From the NCBI GenBank assembly GCA_001792535.1, contig MGGS01000001.1, positions 49,695 through 113,694 of the forward strand: DNA of 64,000 nt. Direction: 5' to 3'. Both the position numbers and the translations under genes were made by a program. The stretch is from Candidatus Woesebacteria bacterium RIFCSPHIGHO2_02_FULL_42_20 (lineage in GTDB: Bacteria; Patescibacteriota; Microgenomatia; UBA8517). Shown here in pieces: positions 39,415-48,216 of this stretch. Below the pieces are notes generated by a model that had not been told where the DNA came from, ran no database searches, and was given only the letters and a program-made list of their open reading frames with translations. Within the stretch, counting starts at the first letter, position 1, and each line of letters starts with the position of its first letter.

Positions 39415-41094
39415 ATGGATATCGATGAAACAAAGCAGGTAATTTTGGTAGTTTTGGACGGCTGGGGTATAGCACCACCCGGCCCGGGCAATGCTATTAC
39501 CCAATCGCCTACCCCGAACTTTACGCGCTATTGGGCGTCTTTCCCGCACGCTCAGCTACTTGCCTCGGGTGAGGCAGTCGGCCTTCCCAAAGGTGAGGAC
39601 GGCAATACGGAAACCGGGCACCTCAACCTTGGCGCCGGCAGAATAATTTATCAGGACTTGCAGCGAATCAACATGTCGATAGCCGACGGCAGTTTTTTTG
39701 AAAATAATACACTCAAGGGAGCTTTTACACACGCCAAAGCTAACAATTCCAATTTGCATTTGATGGGTTTGATTGGTGCCGGAGGTGTGCACTCAAATAT
39801 TGATCACCTGTTTGCGTTGCTCCAATTTGCGCGGAAAGAAAATTTCACTAGAGTTTTCTTTCATCTATTTACCGACGGTAGAGATTCGGCTCCGACATCG
39901 GCAAAAATTTACATTAGCCTCATCAGGGATGTGATTAAAAAAGAAAACCTGGGAACTATAGCGAGCGTCATGGGGCGCTACTGGGCTATGGATAGGGATC
40001 TGCGCTGGGACAGGACGGCAAAAGCCTATTTTGCGTTGACAAAAGGTGAGGGTAAGTTTGTTAAAACTCCGGAAGAGGCTATTGACGCTTCCTACAGCCA
40101 GGGCAAAACCGACGAATTCATTGAGCCGGCCATAATTACCGGCGAATCAAGCAAACCGCTTGGAGTGATCGGCGAGAATGACGCCGTGATATTTTTTAAC
40201 TTTAGGGTCGATCGGCCAAGGCAGTTGTCTCGCGCCTTTGTCTTGAAAGAATTTGAAAATAAAACCGGTGAGATGGAGTTTGATCCTTACCGCATAAAGT
40301 ACGAAAAAACCCATTTAGGCACACCTGACGTTACCAGGCCGACTTTTAATAGAGGGGCACAGTTGGATAACTTGTATTTTGTGACAATGACAGAATACGA
40401 AAAGATTTTGGTAGATAACGGAGCAAGGGTAGCATTCGCTCCCGAATTCATAAATATGCCCTTGGGAAGGATATTATCGGAAAATCATATGCATCAGTTG
40501 CGCGTGGCCGAGAGCGAAAAAGAGCGGTTTGTTACATATTATTTTAACGGTTTGCAAGGGAATTTTGACAAGCAGCAAAACCTTATAATACCTTCGCCTA
40601 AGGTTCCTACCTATGACCTTAAACCCGAAATGTCTGCCAGGGAGGTGACTTCGGCAGTCCTTCAAAAACTGAAAAACGGCGACTACCCATTTACCTTGAT
40701 TAACTTAGCCAATGCTGATATGGTGGCGCATACCGGCAATATTGGTGCGACGGTCACCGCCTGCAAAGTGCTCGACGAATGCATCGGCGAGCTTGCCAAT
40801 TATGTATTAGCCTACGGTGGCTATTTGTTACTTACGGCAGACCACGGAAATGCTGAGGAAATGATAAATTTGGAGACCGGTGCGATCGACACAGAGCATT
40901 CGACATTTCCTGTTCCTTTCGTTGCAATCTCCAAAGATTTTTTGAATAATTCGGTTTCACTCGACGTAGGTATTTTGGCCGACGTTGCTCCCACAATACT
41001 TGCTTTGCTTGATGTTCCCCAACCAGTGGAGATGTCCGGAAGGAATTTACTTGGCAAAGTACTGGAAACAGTAAAAAGGAAGTCGTTCGCCTAA
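39415..41094 (+). CDS. gpmI: 2,3-BPG-independent phosphoglycerate mutase
   Basis: LDGWG, GNTETGH (Thr in place of the usual phospho-Ser), MGRYWAMDRD, ADHGNAE. Confidence 0.93.
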   Translation: MDIDETKQVILVVLDGWGIAPPGPGNAITQSPTPNFTRYWASFPHAQLLASGEAVGLPKGEDGNTETGHLNLGAGRIIYQDLQRINMSIADGSFFENNTLKGAFTHAKANNSNLHLMGLIGAGGVHSNIDHLFALLQFARKENFTRVFFHLFTDGRDSAPTSAKIYISLIRDVIKKENLGTIASVMGRYWAMDRDLRWDRTAKAYFALTKGEGKFVKTPEEAIDASYSQGKTDEFIEPAIITGESSKPLGVIGENDAVIFFNFRVDRPRQLSRAFVLKEFENKTGEMEFDPYRIKYEKTHLGTPDVTRPTFNRGAQLDNLYFVTMTEYEKILVDNGARVAFAPEFINMPLGRILSENHMHQLRVAESEKERFVTYYFNGLQGNFDKQQNLIIPSPKVPTYDLKPEMSAREVTSAVLQKLKNGDYPFTLINLANADMVAHTGNIGATVTACKVLDECIGELANYVLAYGGYLLLTADHGNAEEMINLETGAIDTEHSTFPVPFVAISKDFLNNSVSLDVGILADVAPTILALLDVPQPVEMSGRNLLGKVLETVKRKSFA

Positions 41095-41714
41095 TTCAGA
41101 TATTTTCTGATTAAGCCCACAACCTTGCCTTGGATTTTTACGTTTCGGACAAATATAGGCTCCATTGTCGAATTCGCCGGTTCAAGACGCACCCTTGTGG
41201 CTTCTTTAAAAAAGCGCTTCAGAGTTGCCATGCCGTTGTCAAGCAAAGCGACTACAATGTCACCGTCGCGGGCAGATTCAGTCTGCTCTATGACGACAAA
41301 GTCACCGTCGCGGATCTGCTCGTCTATCATCGATTCACCCTTTACTTGAAGTACGTAAACCCTTTTTTGGCCGCTTACAAATGTCGGGTGAATGGCTATA
41401 GTAGCATTGGGGTCGGTAAATGGCTCGATCGGTGCACCTGCAGCGATAAACCCGAGGACGGGGACTCTTAGCCCGTCACTTGTTTCGGCTGAATATTTTT
41501 TGTCCAAGAGCGTGATGGACTTGTTTTTTCCTCCGGTGCGTTTAATTAGACCTTTGCTCTCGAGATTTGCAAGATGTTCGTGGACGGTTGCAAGGGAAGT
41601 AACGCCAATTGCTTGGGCAATTTCTTTAAGTGTGGGTGCAGAACGGGACGTTTCAATATATTGACGGATGAAATCCATGATTTGACGTTGGCGTCTGTAA
41701 ACTACTAAAGTCAT
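41091..41714 (-). CDS. lexA: SOS repressor LexA
   Basis: N-terminal wHTH, IAAGAP cleavage site, GESM (Ser), ATLKRF (Lys). Confidence 0.96.
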   Translation of the reverse strand: MTLVVYRRQRQIMDFIRQYIETSRSAPTLKEIAQAIGVTSLATVHEHLANLESKGLIKRTGGKNKSITLLDKKYSAETSDGLRVPVLGFIAAGAPIEPFTDPNATIAIHPTFVSGQKRVYVLQVKGESMIDEQIRDGDFVVIEQTESARDGDIVVALLDNGMATLKRFFKEATRVRLEPANSTMEPIFVRNVKIQGKVVGLIRKYLN

Positions 41715-41720
41715 ACATCT

Positions 41721-41749
41721 TTTTTACAAATAAAACCCGAATGTGTCAA
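41721..41749 (-). promoter_or_regulatory. lexA promoter (leaderless geometry)
   Basis: Minus strand TTGACA-17nt-TAAAAA-6nt-ATG. Confidence 0.55.
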
Positions 41750-41817
41750 CTGGAACTTAATATATCAAAAACCATAAATAACCCAAATACCACTTTGGTT
41801 CATGCTAAAATAGTTTA

Positions 41818-43833
41818 ATGGCCAAGTTTAGTTTAAAGGCGAAGTTTAGCCTTACCGGGGACCAGCCCCAAGCCGTTAGGCAGTTAACCGACTGGATTGT
41901 TGGCGCCAACAAGTACCAGGTGCTTTTGGGAGTGACGGGATCGGGTAAAACATTTTCGGCGGCAAATATTATCCAAAGACTGAACATGCCAGCTTTGGTT
42001 ATTTCTCATAACAAGACGTTAGCGGCACAACTCTACCAGGAGTTCAGGGACTTTTTTCCGGCTAACGCCGTTTCTTTTTTCGTATCATATTATGATTACT
42101 ATCAGCCCGAAGCATACATTCCTTCTACAGACACTTATATTGAAAAGGATTCTGCCGTAAACGAGCTTATTGACAAACTTAGGCTTCAGGCTACGACCAA
42201 CATATTGTCACGTAAAGATACGATTGTTGTCGCCTCCGTCAGCTGTATCTATAACATCGGCTCCCCGGTCGAATATGGCAAGTTTACATTGGCGACTAAT
42301 GTCGGAAAGAAAATAACCCGAAGTGAGATTATTGATAGACTGGTGGAGCTGCAATATATCCGGAATGATTTTGGCTTCCACAGGGGAACATTCCGGGTAT
42401 TTGGTGACGCAATTGACATCTATCCGGCCTATCAGGATACGGGTTTACGGATAGAGCTTGACGGCGATCAGGTGATAAAAATGGCGACTTTCGACCCGGT
42501 TTCGGGCAGAACAATTTCAAGTTTGGACTCTTTTGTGCTTTATCCGGGTAAACATTTTATGGCTGACATGTTTGCCAAGCAAAATATCTTTGAGGAAATC
42601 CAAAATGATCTAACTACGCGTGTTAAAGAGCTTACATACCAAGGGAAAGACTTTGAGGCCAGGCGGCTCAAGCAAAAAGTTACTTACGACCTTGAGATGA
42701 TTCGAGAGGTTGGTTACGTCAAGGGAATAGAAAATTATTCAAGATATTTTGACGGACGAGCAGCCGGAGACACGCCACATAGCCTTCTTGACTATTTTAA
42801 CAAAGCATATGGTGACCGTTGGCTGGTAATTGTTGACGAGAGCCACATCACTTTTCCGCAAATTCGCGGTATGTATGCTGGTGACCTTTCCCGAAAGAAA
42901 GTACTGGTGGACTACGGGTTCAGGTTGCCGGCAGCGTTTGACAACAGGCCGCTCACCTTTGATGAGTTTATGCGTGGGATTCCAAGGTTTCTGGCAACAA
43001 GTGCCACACCAAGTGACTGGGAACTTTCCTTGGCCGGCGAGTACGTTGCCCAACAGCTTGTGCGTCCCACAGGCATTACCGACCCCGAAATTGTGGTTCG
43101 CCCCGCGCAAACTCAAGTACAGGATGTCCTAAGCGAAGTCAAAAAATTAAGTCGGAAAGGCCAGCGCGCCCTGATTACGACGCTTACCAAAAGAACAGCA
43201 GAAGACTTAACTGATTATCTCAAAAAAGAAGGCCTGAAGGCGAATTATTTACATTCGGATATCAAAACTTTGGAGAGGTCCGATATCTTGGATGAGCTTC
43301 GGCAGGGGAAATATGACTGCCTGGTCGGGATTAATCTGCTGCGAGAAGGTTTGGATCTGCCCGAAGTAACACTCGTTGCCATATTGGATGCCGATAAAGA
43401 AGGGTTTTTGCGAAGTGAAGTTTCGTTGATCCAGACAATGGGGCGGGCAGCGCGCCACCCCGAAGGTAAAGTAATTCTGTATGCTCAAAACCTTACCAAA
43501 TCGATTAAGAATGCAACAAACGAAGTAAACCGACGAAGAAAATATCAGCTTATGTGGAATAAAAAGTATAACATTATTCCCAAAGCAATCAGTAAGCCTA
43601 TCAGGCAGCGAGTGGTCAAGGAGGCAGTTGGCGAATTCGGTGAGCTGTTTGACAGCAAAAAGTCTCCGGTGGTTAAAGTGCTGGACAACTTGGATACAAA
43701 GTCCTTGACGCCCATGGATGCCAAAAAAATTGTAAGCAAACTTAAAAAGGAAATGACTATTGCAGCCAGTACCCTTGATTTTGAGCTTGCTGCCGAGATA
43801 CGCGACAAAATCAGAGAAATCGTAGTAGAATAA
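41818..43833 (+). CDS. uvrB: Excinuclease ABC subunit B
   Basis: GVTGSGKT, YYDYYQPEAY, DESH, INLLREGLDLPEV. Confidence 0.98.
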   Translation: MAKFSLKAKFSLTGDQPQAVRQLTDWIVGANKYQVLLGVTGSGKTFSAANIIQRLNMPALVISHNKTLAAQLYQEFRDFFPANAVSFFVSYYDYYQPEAYIPSTDTYIEKDSAVNELIDKLRLQATTNILSRKDTIVVASVSCIYNIGSPVEYGKFTLATNVGKKITRSEIIDRLVELQYIRNDFGFHRGTFRVFGDAIDIYPAYQDTGLRIELDGDQVIKMATFDPVSGRTISSLDSFVLYPGKHFMADMFAKQNIFEEIQNDLTTRVKELTYQGKDFEARRLKQKVTYDLEMIREVGYVKGIENYSRYFDGRAAGDTPHSLLDYFNKAYGDRWLVIVDESHITFPQIRGMYAGDLSRKKVLVDYGFRLPAAFDNRPLTFDEFMRGIPRFLATSATPSDWELSLAGEYVAQQLVRPTGITDPEIVVRPAQTQVQDVLSEVKKLSRKGQRALITTLTKRTAEDLTDYLKKEGLKANYLHSDIKTLERSDILDELRQGKYDCLVGINLLREGLDLPEVTLVAILDADKEGFLRSEVSLIQTMGRAARHPEGKVILYAQNLTKSIKNATNEVNRRRKYQLMWNKKYNIIPKAISKPIRQRVVKEAVGEFGELFDSKKSPVVKVLDNLDTKSLTPMDAKKIVSKLKKEMTIAASTLDFELAAEIRDKIREIVVE

Positions 43834-43842
43834 AAACACCCT

Positions 43843-44706
43843 ATGCAAAAGATTACCAAAGCGGTGATTGCAGCCGCAGGCTTTGGTACGAGGTTTTTGC
43901 CGCAGACCAAGGCGATGCCCAAGGAAATGCTTCCTATTGTTGACAAACCAGTTATCCAGTATGTCGTTGAAGAGCTCGTTGAATCCGGCATCAAAGACAT
44001 CGTGATTGTCACCGGTTGGCATAAGCGCTCAATTGAAGATCATTTCGACTATCCTTATGAGCTAATTACCCTCCTCGAGGAGCAAAAAAAGGCTAAACTA
44101 TTAGAAGAGGTCAAGCGCTCCGCGAGTTTGGCCAACTTTGTCTATATCCGCCAAAAAGGACCTTACGGCAACGGCACGCCGTTTTATTGCGCTAGACAAG
44201 TGATTGACAACGAACCTTTTGTGGCGATGTTCGGCGACGAGTTTATTACGGCTAACCCTCCACGGGTGAAGCAATGTATAGACACTTTTCGCAAGTACGG
44301 TGACCCGGTGCTTTCTGCCGTACGGGTAAAAGATGTGACGAAAGTAGGTGTGATAGGGGGCACCGAGGTGGAAAAGAATATCTGGCAAATCAAAAAATAT
44401 ATTGAAAAACCTACCCGCGAGGAAGCACCTTCAAATTTGGGTGTCGTTGGTTGTTATGTTTTAACGCCGGATATTTTCAGCGCACTGGAAGGGCTCGAAC
44501 CTGGAAAAGGCAATGAGATCTGGCTCGTAGACGCAATAAATAAGTTAATGAAAAAACGCCCGGTCTACGCTTGTGAAGTCCAAAACGCCCACTATTACGA
44601 TACCGGCAACAAGCTGGATTATATGAAGACTGTCGTAGCGCACGCAATGAAACATCCGGAAATCGGCTCCGACTTCAAAAAATACCTCAAGGGGTTAAGG
44701 ATATGA
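43843..44706 (+). CDS. galU: UTP--glucose-1-phosphate uridylyltransferase
   Basis: AAGFGTRFLP.TKAMPKEMLP.VDKP, IEKP. Confidence 0.9.
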   Translation: MQKITKAVIAAAGFGTRFLPQTKAMPKEMLPIVDKPVIQYVVEELVESGIKDIVIVTGWHKRSIEDHFDYPYELITLLEEQKKAKLLEEVKRSASLANFVYIRQKGPYGNGTPFYCARQVIDNEPFVAMFGDEFITANPPRVKQCIDTFRKYGDPVLSAVRVKDVTKVGVIGGTEVEKNIWQIKKYIEKPTREEAPSNLGVVGCYVLTPDIFSALEGLEPGKGNEIWLVDAINKLMKKRPVYACEVQNAHYYDTGNKLDYMKTVVAHAMKHPEIGSDFKKYLKGLRI

Positions 44707-44855
44707 AAGTAAAGAGAAAGAAAAAAAGAACTCCTAAACTATTTTTTAAATACAAAAAAAGGGCAAAAAGAAAACTTGGAATTTGGGAAGGAATAGCGTC
44801 ATTTAAAATAATGCCGGGCTTTAAGATGACAGTAGATGAGTTTTTAGAGTCATGA
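44703..44855 (+). CDS. Putative antitoxin (VapB/Phd C-terminus-like), 50 aa
   Basis: MKVKRKKKRTPKLFFKYKKRAKRKLGIWEGIASFKIMPGFKMTVDEFLES; ATGA overlaps with both neighbours. Confidence 0.55.
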   Translation: MKVKRKKKRTPKLFFKYKKRAKRKLGIWEGIASFKIMPGFKMTVDEFLES

Positions 44856-44989
44856 GTTGTCACATTTTAAATAAAGCCCCGTTTGACAGAATACTTGTTT
44901 GGCAGGTAATTTGTGAAGATTTAACCTTAGTTTCTAAAGACAAAGGTTTGGATATTTACATCAAAGCCGGCCTCAAACGAGTTTGGTAG
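44852..44989 (+). pseudogene. PIN/VapC toxin remnant (C-terminal third only)
   Basis: MSCHILNKAPFDRILVWQVICEDLTLVSKDKGLDIYIKAGLKRVW resembles the H.DPFDR.L..QA....L.L.S.D...W tail of PIN toxins. Confidence 0.7.
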
Positions 44990-45264
44990 CTTGCAAAATA
45001 TATGCTCCTACGTATGAACGTATAAATACTCACTACAGTTAACTAGTTATATGTAGCGATTGAAAGTAAAATAGATTTTGTAAATATCTTATAGTATAAT
45101 GTTTTCTACTGGAGAAATCGTTTTTGCAGTTTTAAGAGAAAAAAGAAAAGAAAGGAAAGAAAATTTCCCCCGAAATCTAAAAGCGGATAGCGGGGGATTT
45201 TTAGTGGGCTATTTATATTTGTGTTACAATTTGGTGCCACGCGTTTTTGGGTGGTTAATTGTGT

Positions 45265-48186
45265 ATGCAGGAATACATTAAAGTCAGAGGCGCAAGACAG
45301 CATAACTTAAAAAACATCGATATCGATATTCCCAAAAACAAGCTAGTTGTCTTTACCGGTGTATCGGGGAGTGGTAAAAGCAGCTTGGCTTTCGATACTA
45401 TTTACGCCGAGGGCCAAAGACGCTACGTCGAGTCCCTTTCCACTTACGCCAGGCAGTTTCTGGGAGTTATGGACAAACCGGATGTAGACTTTATCGAAGG
45501 CTTGTCACCGGCAATCTCCATTGACCAGAAAACTACGTCGCACAACCCAAGGTCCACAGTTGGCACAATAACCGAGGTATACGACTACCTAAGACTTCTT
45601 TTTGCTCGTGTAGGCCACCCGCATTGCCCTATTTGCGGCAGAGAAATTGCCAGCCAGTCGCTTGACCAAATAGTAACTAACGTCATCGATTTGATTAGTG
45701 GTGCAGCAAACGGCAGCAAAGTAGCAAGATTTGTGGTAATGTCTCCTTTGGTCAAGGACCGCAAGGGCGAATTTTCGTCTCTGCTGGATAACCTTCGGGC
45801 AAAAGGCCTCAAATATGTTCGCATAGACGGCATTGTAAAGGGTCTAAACGAAGATTTTTATTTGCTCAAAAACAACAAGCACACAATTGATGTTTTTATC
45901 GATCGCTTGAGCATTGAGAAAAGGCTGCTAAAAGACAGGCTTTATATAGACAACTTGACAAGCCGACTCTCCGAATCCGTCGGCCAGGCTTTAAAGCTCG
46001 CGGATGGCCAAGTAATTGTCTCGCAGTTATTGGACAAATCGCTGACTTTGCCTGAATTCCCGAAGGAATTTAGCGACCACCTTTATTCCGAAAAGTTTTC
46101 GTGCCCTGTGGATAACATCAGTCTGCCGCCAGTTGAGCCCAGGACTTTTTCTTTTAATTCGCCCCACGGCGCCTGCCCGAAGTGCCTGGGCTTGGGAAGT
46201 ATTCTTAAAGTCGAGCCCGATTTGCTTTTTGCTCCCCAGATATCCGTCATAGAGGGTGGAGTAATTCCCTTTGCAAGTATGTTTGAGCACGACACCTGGT
46301 TTTCCAGAATTGTCAAAACGTTTTGCGAGCGCGAAAGAATTGATATACGGATGCCGATTGTTGATTTGACTCAACAAGCCAAAGATTTACTTTTGTACGG
46401 TAAACAGGGAGAAGTTTTTAAAGTTGATGGCATTAATAGAATGGGTAGCCCCACGAGCATCTATGAATCATTTGATGGTTTTGTAGGCGAGCTTACTAAA
46501 CGCCATGCAATTACCCAGTCCGACTATGTTCGGGCCGAAACAGAAAGATATATGCGTGAAACTGCTTGCGAAGAGTGCCTGGGGACAAGGCTCAAAAAAG
46601 AATCCTTGAGCATAACTATTAAAAAAAAGTCTATCGCAGCCGTGTCTGACAACTCTGTAACCGACTTAATTGGCTGGTTGGCGTCTCTGGCTGGCAAAGT
46701 GCTAAATGCCAGAGAAAACGTTATTGCCGGTCCTATACTAAATGAAATTGTTTCCAGACTGTCCTTTTTGTCATCGGTTGGACTTGGCTATCTGACAACG
46801 GATCGCAAAGCGGCAACTTTGGCCGGTGGAGAGCTCCAGCGAATCAGGCTAGCGTCGCAAATTGGCTCGGGATTGACGGGCGTTTTATATGTGTTGGACG
46901 AACCTACGATTGGCCTGCATCCGCGCGACAACGCAAAATTAATCAAAACTCTTAGCCGTCTGCGGGACATGGGAAATACTGTTTTAGTAGTCGAGCACGA
47001 CCGCGACATGATTATGCGGAGTGATTTTGTATTTGACTTTGGACCGGGAGCCGGGAAAATGGGGGGTAAACTCATCGCCTCGGGGACGCCAGCAGATTTG
47101 GTTAATGATAAATCCTCCATTACAGCCAAATATTTAAACGGCAGCGACAAGATAATTGTCAGGCCGAATCCTATTACCGATAAAATTACCAAAGAAGAGT
47201 TAACACTAACCGGAGCGGCCCAATTTAATCTGAAAAGCCTTGACCTGACTATCCCCTTGTCAAAGTTGGTCACGGTAACCGGGGTGTCAGGATCCGGCAA
47301 ATCTACCTTGATAGTAGACACCCTTTACCATGCACTAATGGCTATTAAAAATCCGTTTCATAAACAAGTGCCCGGAAAACATAAAAGCGTCATTAATCAC
47401 GAACTAATTGATAAGGTAGTCTTGATTGACCAGTCGCCTATAGGCCGGACTCCCAGGAGCAATCCTGCCACTTATACGAAAGTATTTGACCTGATCCGCG
47501 ACCTGTTTGCCTCGACTAGGGACGCGAAAGCACTGGGACTTGATAAAGGCAAATTCTCTTTCAACGTCAAAGGGGGCAGATGTGAAACTTGCGAAGGCCA
47601 GGGTCAAATCAAGATCGAGATGCAGTTTATGAGCGATATTTGGGTAACATGTGAAGTTTGTAAGGGTAGCCGCTATACCCAGAAAACTTTGGAAGTGCAA
47701 TATCGTGCAAAAAACATATCGGATGTTCTCAATCTGTCGGTAACCGAAGCGCTGGACTTTTTTCATTCACATCCGGTAATTATAAACAAGCTGGATACCC
47801 TTCAGCGTGTCGGCCTTGATTATATCGATTTGGGGCAGCCGGCAACTACGTTATCAGGCGGCGAAGCTCAAAGAGTAAAACTGGCTAGTGAACTCTCCAG
47901 GAGGGCCACGGGCAAGACTTTTTATATATTAGACGAGCCAACAACAGGTCTCCATTTTGCCGATCTTGAAAAGTTGCTTAAAGTATTACGAACACTGGTC
48001 GACCGCGGTAATACCGTTGTCGTAATTGAGCACAACTTAGACGTAGTCAAAAACGCAGACTGGATAATTGACCTTGGGCCCGAGGGGGGGGATAACGGTG
48101 GGTACATTGTAGGCGTCGGCACCCCGGAACAAATTGCCCATAATAAAAAAAGCTACACCGGCCAATTTCTTAAAAAAGTGCTTTAA
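45265..48186 (+). CDS. uvrA: Excinuclease ABC subunit A
   Basis: Two GVSGSGKS Walker A motifs, zinc fingers, LSGGEAQR. Confidence 0.98.
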   Translation: MQEYIKVRGARQHNLKNIDIDIPKNKLVVFTGVSGSGKSSLAFDTIYAEGQRRYVESLSTYARQFLGVMDKPDVDFIEGLSPAISIDQKTTSHNPRSTVGTITEVYDYLRLLFARVGHPHCPICGREIASQSLDQIVTNVIDLISGAANGSKVARFVVMSPLVKDRKGEFSSLLDNLRAKGLKYVRIDGIVKGLNEDFYLLKNNKHTIDVFIDRLSIEKRLLKDRLYIDNLTSRLSESVGQALKLADGQVIVSQLLDKSLTLPEFPKEFSDHLYSEKFSCPVDNISLPPVEPRTFSFNSPHGACPKCLGLGSILKVEPDLLFAPQISVIEGGVIPFASMFEHDTWFSRIVKTFCERERIDIRMPIVDLTQQAKDLLLYGKQGEVFKVDGINRMGSPTSIYESFDGFVGELTKRHAITQSDYVRAETERYMRETACEECLGTRLKKESLSITIKKKSIAAVSDNSVTDLIGWLASLAGKVLNARENVIAGPILNEIVSRLSFLSSVGLGYLTTDRKAATLAGGELQRIRLASQIGSGLTGVLYVLDEPTIGLHPRDNAKLIKTLSRLRDMGNTVLVVEHDRDMIMRSDFVFDFGPGAGKMGGKLIASGTPADLVNDKSSITAKYLNGSDKIIVRPNPITDKITKEELTLTGAAQFNLKSLDLTIPLSKLVTVTGVSGSGKSTLIVDTLYHALMAIKNPFHKQVPGKHKSVINHELIDKVVLIDQSPIGRTPRSNPATYTKVFDLIRDLFASTRDAKALGLDKGKFSFNVKGGRCETCEGQGQIKIEMQFMSDIWVTCEVCKGSRYTQKTLEVQYRAKNISDVLNLSVTEALDFFHSHPVIINKLDTLQRVGLDYIDLGQPATTLSGGEAQRVKLASELSRRATGKTFYILDEPTTGLHFADLEKLLKVLRTLVDRGNTVVVIEHNLDVVKNADWIIDLGPEGGDNGGYIVGVGTPEQIAHNKKSYTGQFLKKVL

Positions 48187-48216
48187 AGGCGGCGATAGTT
48201 TCGGTAAACTTAAAAG

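Noticed and set aside
45099-45281. 60-aa ORF upstream of uvrA
   Set aside because: Low-complexity purine tract and terminator-like hairpin; its ATG overlaps a -10 box
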